Position numbers and translations under genes: made by a program. A stretch of DNA of 64,000 bases from Vicinamibacterales bacterium (GTDB lineage: Bacteria; Acidobacteriota; Vicinamibacteria; Vicinamibacterales; UBA2999). Below the pieces are notes generated by a model, which was not told where the DNA came from, did not search any database, and worked only from the letters and a program-made list of their open reading frames with translations. This document shows positions 43,058 through 52,000 of this stretch, one piece after another; positions within the stretch are counted from its first letter, which is position 1; every line of letters starts with the position of its first letter. Where the stretch lies: the NCBI GenBank assembly GCA_035626435.1, contig DASPNQ010000209.1, positions 7,623-71,622 of the forward strand. The letters run 5' to 3'.

Positions 43058-44230
43058 TCAGTAGGTCTGTCTCGCGACCCATTCGCGGTACAACGAGTCG
43101 ACGGTCGTGTAGCGATCGCGATCCTTCGCGATGATGTCCTGCCGCATCAGCGCCGCCAGCGCCGCCTGGATAGTCGACGTTCCCGGCAACCGATGGCGGG
43201 AGCGGACATCGGCGGACATCAGCTCGCGTCCCTCTTCGACCACCAACGCGCGCAACACGGCGCGTTGCGGCAAGGTCAACCGCTGCCACGACTCCTCGAA
43301 GACGGTGTGGTGCTCGCCGAGCAGCCGCATCAAGGTGGCGTGCAGATCGTCCAGCGTCGCGAGTTTACGTCCCGCTGCCTTGACGTCATCCCACGTTTCA
43401 TGAGCGAGACGCTGCACGTCGTACGGCACGTTCGCCGCCAGATCGACGATCGCTTCGCCGAGGCCTGCCGCCGGGCGGATGCCGCTGCCCTGAAAGCGCG
43501 CCTCGATGAACACCGCGAAGTCGTCCGGATCGATCTTGTCGAGGCGCAGCACCGGGCCGGCCTTGTAGAACGGCCGGCGCGGCCCGAGCATCCGCTCCAT
43601 CAATGACGGCTCCGACCCCGAAAACACGTAGCCGACCTGCCGCTGTTCCTGCACGGCAGCGCGCAGCGCCTGCTCGACGCTGCCGCCGTTGAACGCCGTA
43701 ATCGCCTGGAACTCGTCGAGCGCGATGGCCAGGCGCTGGCGGCGGGCCTCGGCGATCCGGGCCGGCAGCTGAAAGACCTCGTTGGCGACGCGCGCCGTAT
43801 CCCGCGCGGTGCGCACCGCCGGGAACGACAGCGCGAAGCGCGCCTTGCCCAGCGGGTCGGCGTCGAAGCGGATTTCCGGCTTGATCGCGCGCAGCAGCTC
43901 GCCGGCCCAGTGCCTCAACCGCGAGACCGGCGTGTCGGCGGCGAGCAGGGTGTGCGCGTAGTTTTCGAGAAAGCCGATATACGAGCTCGAGGCCGCGACC
44001 GTGACCTCGATGGTCAGGATCTTCCGGCGCGCCAGACCGCGCATCACGTCGCGGACCAGCGACGACTTGCCGTAGCGGCGCGGCGAGATCAGGAACACCT
44101 TCTGGCCGGACGCCAGATCGCGAGCCAGCCGCGCCCGCTCGTCCTCGCGGTCGGCAAACGCCGCGGCGGTGACGATCTCGCCGTAGACGAAAGGATTGCC
44201 GCCGTCGGGTGCCGGGAACGCGGCCGCCAT
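43058..44230 (-). CDS. Arch_ATPase-type AAA+ NTPase with C-terminal winged-helix region
   Basis: 390 aa. ADREDERARL...VFLISPRRYGKSSLV (Walker A), RLAIALDEFQ (Walker B), and a C-terminal helical region with LPQRAVLRALV (wHTH-like). Single-gene unit. Confidence 0.7.
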   Translation of the reverse strand: MAAAFPAPDGGNPFVYGEIVTAAAFADREDERARLARDLASGQKVFLISPRRYGKSSLVRDVMRGLARRKILTIEVTVAASSSYIGFLENYAHTLLAADTPVSRLRHWAGELLRAIKPEIRFDADPLGKARFALSFPAVRTARDTARVANEVFQLPARIAEARRQRLAIALDEFQAITAFNGGSVEQALRAAVQEQRQVGYVFSGSEPSLMERMLGPRRPFYKAGPVLRLDKIDPDDFAVFIEARFQGSGIRPAAGLGEAIVDLAANVPYDVQRLAHETWDDVKAAGRKLATLDDLHATLMRLLGEHHTVFEESWQRLTLPQRAVLRALVVEEGRELMSADVRSRHRLPGTSTIQAALAALMRQDIIAKDRDRYTTVDSLYREWVARQTY

Positions 44231-44269
44231 TACGTTATTATACGTAATGATTACGTAATTCAGCGTAAT
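44230..44269 (-). promoter_or_regulatory. four helically phased wTACGTAAT boxes plus TATAAT -10 placed 6 nt from the ATG (leaderless promoter/operator candidate)
   Basis: Boxes: TTACGTTAT (44230-44238), ATACGTAAT (44240-44248), TTACGTAAT (44251-44259, inside the perfect palindrome ATTACGTAAT) and CAGCGTAAT (44261-44269). Core spacing is 10, 11 and 10 bp. The minus strand reads TATAAT (44237-44242), AACGTA, ATG. Confidence 0.55.
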
Positions 44270-44357
44270 CCCGCCGCGCCAGCCCCCGCGTCAGCCCGGC
44301 GCCGCCGCCGGCGTGAGGGGGAGTGCCCGCGGCGGCGCGGCCGGGCCGCCGCCATCG

Positions 44358-47036
44358 CTACTGCGGCCGGTAGAACAGCCACCGCTCCGGCGTGGCGTCA
44401 TCCCAGGCGCACAACGGCGGCCGCGACAGGAACTCCATGCCGAGGTCGCCGATCGGCGCGCCCGGCGGCGCCGCCAGCGGCGCGATAATCCGCGCCGACA
44501 TGGCGTCGTTCATCGGCCGTTCGAGGAAGCGCTTGATATCGGCCGCCAACAACGCCCGATGCGCGCGCTCGAGCTCGCCCGCCGTGCCGGGTCTGCCCGG
44601 CGCTGCCGCCGGCGGACGGACCCGATCGGCAATCTGCTGCAACTTGAGCGAGGCGATGGCGCGCACCTGCGCATTTGGCGACGAGGCGGCGAGCCAGGCG
44701 ACGCGATCGACCAGCACACGCTCGACGGCGCGGCGCACTTCCGACTCGTAATTGGTGGTCGTGGTCTGTTCGAACGCCGCCTTGACGAGACGATCGATCA
44801 CTTCGCCAAGCCCAGGCCGCGATTGCTCCACGGCGTGCTGGGCCACCATGCGCGCCGCCCGATCCGGCTGCAGCACGAACCCGATCGTCACTTCGGCGGC
44901 GATCGCCGCCGGCGCGATCGGATCGAACGCCTCGCCGGTCGTGCGATTGAACAATTCGCGGTGCATGCCGTAGCCGGGCGGCCGCGGCGGAATCAACTCG
45001 AGAATCCGCTGCGGCAGCACCAGTTCGGAGACGCGCAACGTCTGCCCGAGCGCGTCGATCGCCTTGCGTTGGGCTTCGCCAGACACCCATTCGACGGGCG
45101 TGCGGCCATCGCCGCGCATCGCATAGACGAAGTCCTGGCCGCCGATCATCGACGCCGCGGATTCCACCGTGTAGCGGTGGTACATATAGGTCGTGACCAG
45201 CGGCTCTTCGATCAGCGCGGTCGGCGTGCCGGTGCGGATCGTGTTGACGCCGATGCGATTGAGCGCCGCGCGGCGCACGCGCATGATGCGCGCCAGCTCG
45301 TCGGCCTGATCGGTGCCGTTCGACCACTGGTCCGAGCGCGGGTGAATGTCGGTATCCTGGTTCGTGAAGTACCGCAAGTCCTCCTTCCACGCATCGTCGA
45401 GGATCTTGGTCAGCGCCGCCGCCTCGTCGGTGCCGGCCGGAAACTGCCGGTAGCCGTAATTGATCGCGACCTTGTCCCAGTCGCCGATCTTCTGCTCGTA
45501 GGCCTTCGACAGATCGATGGTGCCGTCTTCACGCAGCGTCTCGAGCGGGTGCGGGTAATCCAGCGTCGAGATCCAGCCCTTGCTGCTGCTGTAATAGTTG
45601 TGGCCGAGGCCGAGCGTGTGACCGACTTCGTGCGCGGACAGCTGGCGGATGCGCATCAGCGCAGCGTCATAGAGGATCGAGGGCCGTTCGGTGCCGTTGG
45701 TGTACGGCGACAGTAGCCCCTCGAAGATCATGTAGTCCTGGCGGTCGCGCAACGATCCGAGCGTGACGGTGGCCTTGATGATCTCGCCGGTGCGCGGGTC
45801 GGACACCGACCCGCCGGAGCTCCAGCCGCGCGTCGAGCGATGCACCCAGTTGATCATGTTGTAGCGGATGTCCATCGGATCGGCGTCCGCCGGAAGCACG
45901 TCGACCTTGAAGGCGTTGCGGAAGCCCGCGGCCTCGAAGGCCTGGTTCCACCACATCGCGCCTTCGATCAGCGCTTTCTTGACGTCTTCCGGCGCTCCGG
46001 GATCAACCCAGTACTGAATCGGCTTGATCGGTTCGCTGATCGCGGCGTTGGGATCTTTCTTTTCGAGCCGATGGCGCCGGATGTAGCGAAATTGAATGGG
46101 CTCGCCGATTGGCTGGCTGAAATCGACGAAGGTCGCGCCGCCGTATCCGGCGCGGGGATCATCGTGCCGCGGCTTGAAGTTGTTGTCCGGCAGTTGCACG
46201 AACGAGGCATGCTGTCGCAGCGTCACCGCTTCCGGTGTGGGCGTCACGCTCGCCACCGATCCCGAGAACAAGCCGCCGCCAAAACCGCCGCCGCCGCCAC
46301 CTGCGGTCTGGCCGATCGGCGCCGGCCCCTGGACCGGTCCGCCGCCGCCGCCACCGCCGGTCGGCTCGTTGACGAACGTCAAGGTCATGTCGACTTCCGT
46401 GTTCATCGGGAAGTTGCGGGTGTTCGGCAGATAGAACGCGCTGCGCGTGCGATCGACCCGGTAATTGCCCGGCCGCAAGCTCGCAGCGGCGTTGGCGACA
46501 TCGCGCAGGTAAAAATCGGTCGCGTCGACGAGCACGCGGCCGCCCGATTCCGCCGCGACGGTGAAGCCCCACAGGATTGACTTCGCGAACGAGTCCTCGA
46601 CCGACTTGCGTTCGAGCGGGTTGGCACTGCTCGATCGGAACGACTGGTTCGGTTGCACGAGCAACACGCGCGGGCCGACGCGCTGGAAGACGACCAGCCT
46701 GCTGCCGCGGCCGGAGCCGCGGTCCAAGCCGATGTCGTTCGAGCCGAGACCGGCCGACAATCCGGTGGTGAACAGGAACTCGGTATCGAAGCGCGGGATT
46801 TCGAGGAACAGCGAGCCGCTCCGCTCGTCCCAGTAGATTGGGAAGTAGCCGTCGAGCTTTTTCATGCCCGAGGTGCGGTCGTCGATGGATGGAGGTGGTG
46901 CCGGCCGTTGCTGTTGCGCGGGCTGGCGGCCCTCGACGAGGCTCGGCGTCGTCGCGGTGAATGCAGACGGCCGCGCCTCGATCACCGGGCCGGCAAGCAG
47001 CACGGTACCGACAAGCAGAACTGATTGTTTGAACAT
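44358..47036 (-). CDS. exported zinc-dependent metalloprotease (met-zincin, DUF5117/DUF4953-type)
   Basis: ATG 47036 lies 5 nt after AGGAG. Signal peptide MFKQSVLLVGTVLLAGPVI. HEVGHTLGLGHN zincin motif. Gly-rich insert (TGGGGGGGPVQGP...AGGGGGGFGGG). Large size typical of this family. Confidence 0.8.
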   Translation of the reverse strand: MFKQSVLLVGTVLLAGPVIEARPSAFTATTPSLVEGRQPAQQQRPAPPPSIDDRTSGMKKLDGYFPIYWDERSGSLFLEIPRFDTEFLFTTGLSAGLGSNDIGLDRGSGRGSRLVVFQRVGPRVLLVQPNQSFRSSSANPLERKSVEDSFAKSILWGFTVAAESGGRVLVDATDFYLRDVANAAASLRPGNYRVDRTRSAFYLPNTRNFPMNTEVDMTLTFVNEPTGGGGGGGPVQGPAPIGQTAGGGGGGFGGGLFSGSVASVTPTPEAVTLRQHASFVQLPDNNFKPRHDDPRAGYGGATFVDFSQPIGEPIQFRYIRRHRLEKKDPNAAISEPIKPIQYWVDPGAPEDVKKALIEGAMWWNQAFEAAGFRNAFKVDVLPADADPMDIRYNMINWVHRSTRGWSSGGSVSDPRTGEIIKATVTLGSLRDRQDYMIFEGLLSPYTNGTERPSILYDAALMRIRQLSAHEVGHTLGLGHNYYSSSKGWISTLDYPHPLETLREDGTIDLSKAYEQKIGDWDKVAINYGYRQFPAGTDEAAALTKILDDAWKEDLRYFTNQDTDIHPRSDQWSNGTDQADELARIMRVRRAALNRIGVNTIRTGTPTALIEEPLVTTYMYHRYTVESAASMIGGQDFVYAMRGDGRTPVEWVSGEAQRKAIDALGQTLRVSELVLPQRILELIPPRPPGYGMHRELFNRTTGEAFDPIAPAAIAAEVTIGFVLQPDRAARMVAQHAVEQSRPGLGEVIDRLVKAAFEQTTTTNYESEVRRAVERVLVDRVAWLAASSPNAQVRAIASLKLQQIADRVRPPAAAPGRPGTAGELERAHRALLAADIKRFLERPMNDAMSARIIAPLAAPPGAPIGDLGMEFLSRPPLCAWDDATPERWLFYRPQ

Positions 47037-47132
47037 GACCACTCCTAGCAAAGCTGAGTCGTGGTCAGATTCTACCGTTGCCGCCGCGGCTGTGTCGGCG
47101 AATGTCTCTTCGCCTGGTTATGCCGTTCGTCG

Positions 47133-47372
47133 CTACTTCTCGTCGTCTTCGGTCTCTGACTGATGTTCCGACTGATCAGCCGGTTCGGCGTCGGCGGCAT
47201 CGGCTGCCGATTCTCCGGAGGGCGTCGCCTTGGTGTAGGAAGGCGGTTTGCCTTCCATCCGGCGAGTCGACGCGGCGTCGACCTGCTTTTGCCGCTCGCG
47301 CGCGATGTCGTCCGGCGACAGCCGGCCGGCCTGCGTGTACATCCCTGGGTTGACCTTGTTGTGTTTGCTCAT
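47133..47372 (-). CDS. small acidic-tailed hypothetical protein, translationally coupled to the release-factor-like gene
   Basis: 79 aa. The ATG overlaps the upstream TGA (ATGA at 47369-47372). Basic N-terminal half (MSKHNKVNPGMYTQAGRLSPDDIARERQKQ) and a strongly acidic C-terminal tail. Confidence 0.6.
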   Translation of the reverse strand: MSKHNKVNPGMYTQAGRLSPDDIARERQKQVDAASTRRMEGKPPSYTKATPSGESAADAADAEPADQSEHQSETEDDEK

Positions 47373-48520
47373 ATGCGGAACCGTAGCAGCGCGCCGACGC
47401 CGCCGACCTCCTCCAGAAGGCTGGCATCCTCGATGAAGCGGATGCGGGCGGCGGTCTGTTGCGCGCGCTTGATTAATTCAGCGGACAGCTTCAACCGCGA
47501 TTCGTCGACGCCGCCCTGCGGCGCCGAGGTGTCGGCCTGCATCTCCGTCGCAGAGTTGGCCGGCATTGTCTGCACCGGCTTCAACGTTTCGACCGCGCCG
47601 GTGATGATCAGCTCTTCGACCTGTCCGAGCTCGAACGCGCGCAGCGTCGCCTCGGGACCGGTCACGCCGAGTCCGCTGCCGAGCCACTCGTCGAACAGCT
47701 CCTGCACCTTTTCGGCGTCGGACTCCGCGTCCTTCCGCCAGATCTCGGCGAGGGTGTCCTCGAGTGCGCTGCCAGGAGCGTTGCGCTGCAGCGGCACCGT
47801 CGCGACGATCTTCTCGGCCAGATGGGCCGGCAGCTGCTCGCGTAGTTTTGGCAGCGCCACTTCGTCAGCGGCGACGACAATCTGGTTGAGATGTTCTTCG
47901 CGCACAATCCGCTCGAGCGCCTCCGCCACTTCCTTCATGTGATGCAGGTGCACGTTGTCGGCGCGGCGCTGGTACCGGGCTTGCGACCAGCCGCCCTGTG
48001 AGCTGCGGCGTGTCTTGTCGTTGACGATTCTTTCCTCGCGCTCGGTCGCCGCCAGGCTGAAGACCAGGATGCGCGCTTTGTTGGTGTCGACCATGACCGC
48101 GGCATAGCGCGGATATGTATCCACGAGCTTGGCGAGCGGGTAGAGATGCGGCACCGACCCGACGAACATCCAATGATCGTCAAACGGCGTTTCGAGCGGG
48201 ATGGCTTCGAACAGCTGCGCGCCCGCGCAGGCGAAAATGGCGACGCCCTGCCATGACGGATCGCGTTCGCTGGCCAGATACTGCCGGATCCGCTCGGCGT
48301 CCTGGTCGAAGCTGTCGCGCTCCGGTGAGTTCTGCCGGAACGACTTGGCGCGCTCCGGAAACACCTTGCGCACGAACACGTCGAAGTCTTCTCTGCCGTT
48401 CTGGTTGGGCTTGAGGCTGAGGTACAGGCTGATCACTGGAAACGGACTGGGTTCCAGCGCGGCCAGTATCTCCATTCGCTGACTCAAAGGCTGCACGGAC
48501 AAGGGCATGGAATCGGCCAT
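47369..48520 (-). CDS. eRF1/Pelota/Vms1-superfamily (baeRF/VLRF1-like) release-factor homologue
   Basis: 383 aa. The central segment QGGWSQARYQRRADNVHLHHMKEVAEAL aligns with the eRF1 M-domain [25 protein letters not shown], with the Gln shifted as in Vms1-type GSQ loops. The C-terminal end VGGVGALLRFRI resembles the eRF1/Pelota C-domain end. Confidence 0.7.
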   Translation of the reverse strand: MADSMPLSVQPLSQRMEILAALEPSPFPVISLYLSLKPNQNGREDFDVFVRKVFPERAKSFRQNSPERDSFDQDAERIRQYLASERDPSWQGVAIFACAGAQLFEAIPLETPFDDHWMFVGSVPHLYPLAKLVDTYPRYAAVMVDTNKARILVFSLAATEREERIVNDKTRRSSQGGWSQARYQRRADNVHLHHMKEVAEALERIVREEHLNQIVVAADEVALPKLREQLPAHLAEKIVATVPLQRNAPGSALEDTLAEIWRKDAESDAEKVQELFDEWLGSGLGVTGPEATLRAFELGQVEELIITGAVETLKPVQTMPANSATEMQADTSAPQGGVDESRLKLSAELIKRAQQTAARIRFIEDASLLEEVGGVGALLRFRI

Positions 48521-48634
48521 GCCGGCTGTAGTGCAAGGGCGGGGCCAGCGGTCAGCCGACAGCGGTGGCGAAGCGTTGGGGAAAGTTTCGACAGGGCCCG
48601 GCTTGATGCAGGCCCCGTCGTGAGGACGCGCGCG

Positions 48635-48994
48635 TTACTTGATGATCGCCGTCGGCTTGTTGTTCTGGTACTGCAGCGTGATGTGCGAAGCCGCGCACAG
48701 GTCGAGGCTGTCCCACTCGATCTCGTCGCCGTCCTCGTCTTTGATCTTCAGATCCCAGTCGCACGACTTCTCGCTGCGCGAGAACGTGATGTCGACCGAC
48801 TCATTGTGCTTCAGCACGTCGCGGCCGAGAACATCCTCTTCCCAATCGTCGGCTTCATCCGGCGACACGTAGAGCTCCATGATCGTCACGCCGGTGCGAT
48901 TCATCAGCGTGAAATCGAGCTTGCTCTGCCGGGCGACAATCGGCGAGGAGGCGACGGTCGCGAGCAACACGAAAGCGAGTGCGGCAATTCTCAT
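48635..48994 (-). CDS. small exported hypothetical protein
   Basis: ATG 48994 lies 9 nt after GGAGTGG. Signal peptide MRIAALAFVLLATVASS. The mature part has two Cys and an acidic patch (DEADDWEEDVLG). No known function. Confidence 0.55.
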   Translation of the reverse strand: MRIAALAFVLLATVASSPIVARQSKLDFTLMNRTGVTIMELYVSPDEADDWEEDVLGRDVLKHNESVDITFSRSEKSCDWDLKIKDEDGDEIEWDSLDLCAASHITLQYQNNKPTAIIK

Positions 48995-49067
48995 ATACGT
49001 AACCACTCCAATCACCAGGGAAGTTTTGGTAAGTCAAGACGTGCAAACCAGCAATCATACGTGAAAC

Positions 49068-49676
49068 TCATGACCGCGCGTAAGGAATTTCCTCGAACAT
49101 CGGCAGGCGTGCCGCCGCAATGATCTCGAGCAAACCGCGGCGCTCGTGAAACTCCTTGCCGTCGCGATCGATCACGATCGTGTTCGGGTAAAGCGGCGCG
49201 AGCCTCCGGAATTCGCCGTCGATCAGACGGAAGCGCCGCACCATGTTCTCGACGTTTTCGTGATCGCGGTTGCGCTGCCGGATATGTTTCTCGATCGTCG
49301 CAGTGCTCGACGTCAGGACGATGACCCTGTCAGGGTTCCACGCATCGCCGATCGACAGCACGCGGCGCAGCGCGGGATGGTCGGCCGCCGGGTACTCCGC
49401 CATGTGCGCTTCCAGCGTGATCCGCGCGCCCTCGAAAAAGATCACGCGGCGCGCGCCGTCGTGCAGCGCCGCGTCGCGGTAGTTGGCGTCGTAAAGCCGC
49501 GCGAAATACTCCGTCACGCCGACGGCATTGACGCCGTCGGCGATGTCCTCGAGGACCCGCGGATCCCAGACGCCTTTCTCGCCCTCGCCGTACGCGCCGT
49601 TGTGATACAGGTCGGCCAGCTGCCGCACCAGCGTGCTCTTCCCGACCCCCGGCCCACCGACGATGGCAACGCGCAC
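49068..49676 (-). CDS. P-loop NTPase (deoxynucleoside-kinase-like fold suggested)
   Basis: GTG start. MRVAIVGGPGVGKSTLV is a Walker A motif. A later IEKHIRQRNRDHE resembles the dNK-family R-x-R-x-x-E lid motif. Assignment is weak. Confidence 0.45.
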   Translation of the reverse strand: MRVAIVGGPGVGKSTLVRQLADLYHNGAYGEGEKGVWDPRVLEDIADGVNAVGVTEYFARLYDANYRDAALHDGARRVIFFEGARITLEAHMAEYPAADHPALRRVLSIGDAWNPDRVIVLTSSTATIEKHIRQRNRDHENVENMVRRFRLIDGEFRRLAPLYPNTIVIDRDGKEFHERRGLLEIIAAARLPMFEEIPYARS

Positions 49677-49709
49677 GACGCAGATATTACTGCGCCGCCG
49701 CGAATCGGG

Positions 49710-50483
49710 TCAGCGTCTGGTCACGTGCGCGGATACCGCGAGCCACCGGCCGTCGCGGCGGGCCCAGACGTCCGTGTAACGGCCGCCGCCGGGCGTGCCG
49801 TCCGCCGTCACGTAACTGGTACGCGCATGCACGATCGCGACATCACCCAGCAACCGCACGTTGACGTCCTGCGCCTGCAGATTGCGGATCGTCACCGGGC
49901 GCGCCGTGTAGTCGAGGAACGCCTCGCGATCCAGCAACGAGCCGTCCGGCATCGAGCACAGAAAATCAGGCGCCAGAATCTCGCGGAAACGCTTCACATC
50001 GGATCGCTGCACCGACTGCACGTAGTCCTCATTCAACTTCGTCAGCTCCTCGACATCCTTCGCAACGCCCATGGTCCCGCCTCCAGCCCTTCGCATCCCC
50101 GCCAAGGTCGCTTCGTCCACGCTGATGACGATGGTCGTGTACGAATCAATGCCGGCGAGAATGCGCTCCCGCGGGCCCTTGATCCATTCCTCGCTGCCGT
50201 AAAACGCGTCTTCGTCCTGCTGCCGCTTGCCGACGCCGTCGAAGGCACGCATCAGGAAGTACGAGTCGCGGTCGTGCAGCGACGGGCCGTAGCCGACGAC
50301 GTCGACCTTCCATCGCCGCAGCATCGGCAGCGCTTCCTTCAGAAACAGCTGATGAAAGGCCTCGCGCGTTCCCGGTTTCAGGTTATAGGACCGGATCTCC
50401 AAGATCCTTGACGGCGTAGATTGCCCGGCCAGCGGTGGAGCGAGCACCGCTGCCACGCAGAGCAGGCCGATGAATGTCCGCAT
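49710..50483 (-). CDS. exported NIPSNAP domain + NTF2-like (DUF4440/SnoaL) fusion protein
   Basis: ATG 50483 is preceded by GGAGGG. Signal peptide MRTFIGLLCVAAVLAPPLAG. NIPSNAP-like ILEIRSYNLKPGTREAFHQLF...YFLMRAF. C-terminal NTF2-like ELTKLNEDYVQSV...RYTDVWARRDGRWLAVSAHVT. Confidence 0.68.
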   Translation of the reverse strand: MRTFIGLLCVAAVLAPPLAGQSTPSRILEIRSYNLKPGTREAFHQLFLKEALPMLRRWKVDVVGYGPSLHDRDSYFLMRAFDGVGKRQQDEDAFYGSEEWIKGPRERILAGIDSYTTIVISVDEATLAGMRRAGGGTMGVAKDVEELTKLNEDYVQSVQRSDVKRFREILAPDFLCSMPDGSLLDREAFLDYTARPVTIRNLQAQDVNVRLLGDVAIVHARTSYVTADGTPGGGRYTDVWARRDGRWLAVSAHVTRR

Positions 50484-51927
50484 GCGTTTCCCTCCGAGAA
50501 AGTGTTCGTTGATCGCCGGCAGACAGCCACAACAGCATGACGGCGTAGGCACGCCAAGGCCGCCACGCCTCCGAGCGCAGCGCCAATTGGCGCGCGCTGA
50601 CGCCGCCGGCCATGCGTTTCAAAATCAGATCGCCGGACAGGAAAGCGTCGGGGTGATTCAGCGCCCGCATCGCGACGTATTGCGTCGTCCAATCGCCGAT
50701 GCCGGCGATCGCGCGCAGCGCGGCAAGCCCCGTGTCGTCGTCGAAATTCACGACACCGTCCCTGACCGCGCGCGCCACGGCACGCAGCGTGTCGGCACGA
50801 GCCGCGGGAAGTCCGGCCTCTTCGACCGGCGCTGCGGCAAGTTGCGAGGGCGATGGGAACAGATGCGTCAGCCGGTGATCGCTTCCGATTGGCGTGCCCC
50901 ACCGCGTGGCAAGGCGTCCGGCGATGGTCGTCGCGGCGCGGACGGAAATCTGCTGGCCAATGACGGCGCGGACGGTGAGTTCGAACGGATCCCATGCGCC
51001 CGGCGTGCGAATGCCCGGATGAGCCGTGAGCGGCCGCCGCAGTAATGGGTCATCGCCGAGTTGGGCCGCGATTGCCGCGGGATCGGCGCCGACATCGAAC
51101 ATCCGCCGCACCCGCTCGATGATCGTCAGTAGACGCCGCGGCTCGGCGGTCTGCACGTCGACTATCAGCATCGACGCGTCTGCGACGTGGCTCACCGAGA
51201 TCGACCCGATGCTGCCGTTGACGGCGATGGTGCGCGAATAGCGTTCGCCCTCGACGATCTCGACACCGGGCGTGGCACGCGCAGCGAGGAATGCGATCAG
51301 CGCCTTCCAGTCATAGGGCGGGCGATAGGCCAGCTTGAACCGATACCCGCTGCCTTGGGAAACCGCGCGCGACAGTCGTCGCAATTCGCCCGGGGTGCGC
51401 GCATACGTCCGCCGGATTTCGCCGTTGAAGCGACGCACGCTGCCAAAACCGGCGGCCGCCGCGACCTGCGCCAGCGGCAGGCGCGTTTCGTCGAGCAGTT
51501 TTTTCGCGAGCTGGACCCGCCGCGTCAGCGCGACCTCGAGCGGCGTCGCACCTAGGTGCTGAACGAACAGCCGCCGCAGATGGCGCGAAGTCACACCGAC
51601 GCGATCGGCGAGCGGGTCCACGCCGCCGTGATCGAGGGCGCCTTCCGTAATCAGCCGCAACGCGCGTGACACGACGCTCGACGTGCCGAACCAGGCCGGT
51701 GTGCCGGGCGCCGCTTCCGGCCGGCAGCGCAGGCACGGCCGGAACCCCGCCGCTTCGGCGGCCGCGGCGGTCGAGTAATAGCGAATGTTCTCGTCCTTCG
51801 GCGATCGCGCAGGGCAGATCGGCCGGCAATAAATTCGCGTGCTGGTGACGGCGATGAAAAACTTGCCGTCGAATCGCGCGTCGCGGGATCGGCGTGCGCG
51901 ATCGCAGACGCGACGGTCCAGCTCCAT
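50383..51927 (-). CDS. Ada-type Zn-finger/AraC HTH fused to AlkA DNA-3-methyladenine glycosylase II
   Basis: N-terminal Ada Zn-binding pattern (FFIAVTSTRIYCRPICPARSP...GFRPCLRCRP), an AraC HTH (GVTSRHLRRLF...FGSVRRFNGEIRR), an AlkA N-domain and HhH-GPD (GIGDWTTQYVAMRAL). The last 45 aa lack family resemblance and overlap the next gene. Confidence 0.85.
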   Translation of the reverse strand: MELDRRVCDRARRSRDARFDGKFFIAVTSTRIYCRPICPARSPKDENIRYYSTAAAAEAAGFRPCLRCRPEAAPGTPAWFGTSSVVSRALRLITEGALDHGGVDPLADRVGVTSRHLRRLFVQHLGATPLEVALTRRVQLAKKLLDETRLPLAQVAAAAGFGSVRRFNGEIRRTYARTPGELRRLSRAVSQGSGYRFKLAYRPPYDWKALIAFLAARATPGVEIVEGERYSRTIAVNGSIGSISVSHVADASMLIVDVQTAEPRRLLTIIERVRRMFDVGADPAAIAAQLGDDPLLRRPLTAHPGIRTPGAWDPFELTVRAVIGQQISVRAATTIAGRLATRWGTPIGSDHRLTHLFPSPSQLAAAPVEEAGLPAARADTLRAVARAVRDGVVNFDDDTGLAALRAIAGIGDWTTQYVAMRALNHPDAFLSGDLILKRMAGGVSARQLALRSEAWRPWRAYAVMLLWLSAGDQRTLSRRETHADIHRPALRGSGARSTAGRAIYAVKDLGDPVL

Positions 51928-52000
51928 CGGGGCAGCTTAATCCGTTTCCGCCCGTGGCACTGGTCATATTCGGTCCTGTTCAGCCGATTACAATGGATCC

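Noticed and set aside
46271-46360. GCC/GCCGCC-rich nucleotide repeats inside the met-zincin protease gene
   Set aside because: They encode in-frame glycine runs (GGGGGGG and GGGGGGFGGG) within a linker. This is low-complexity coding sequence, not an independent repeat element. The poly-Pro run at about 19630-19655 in the DUF1592 gene is the same kind of feature.
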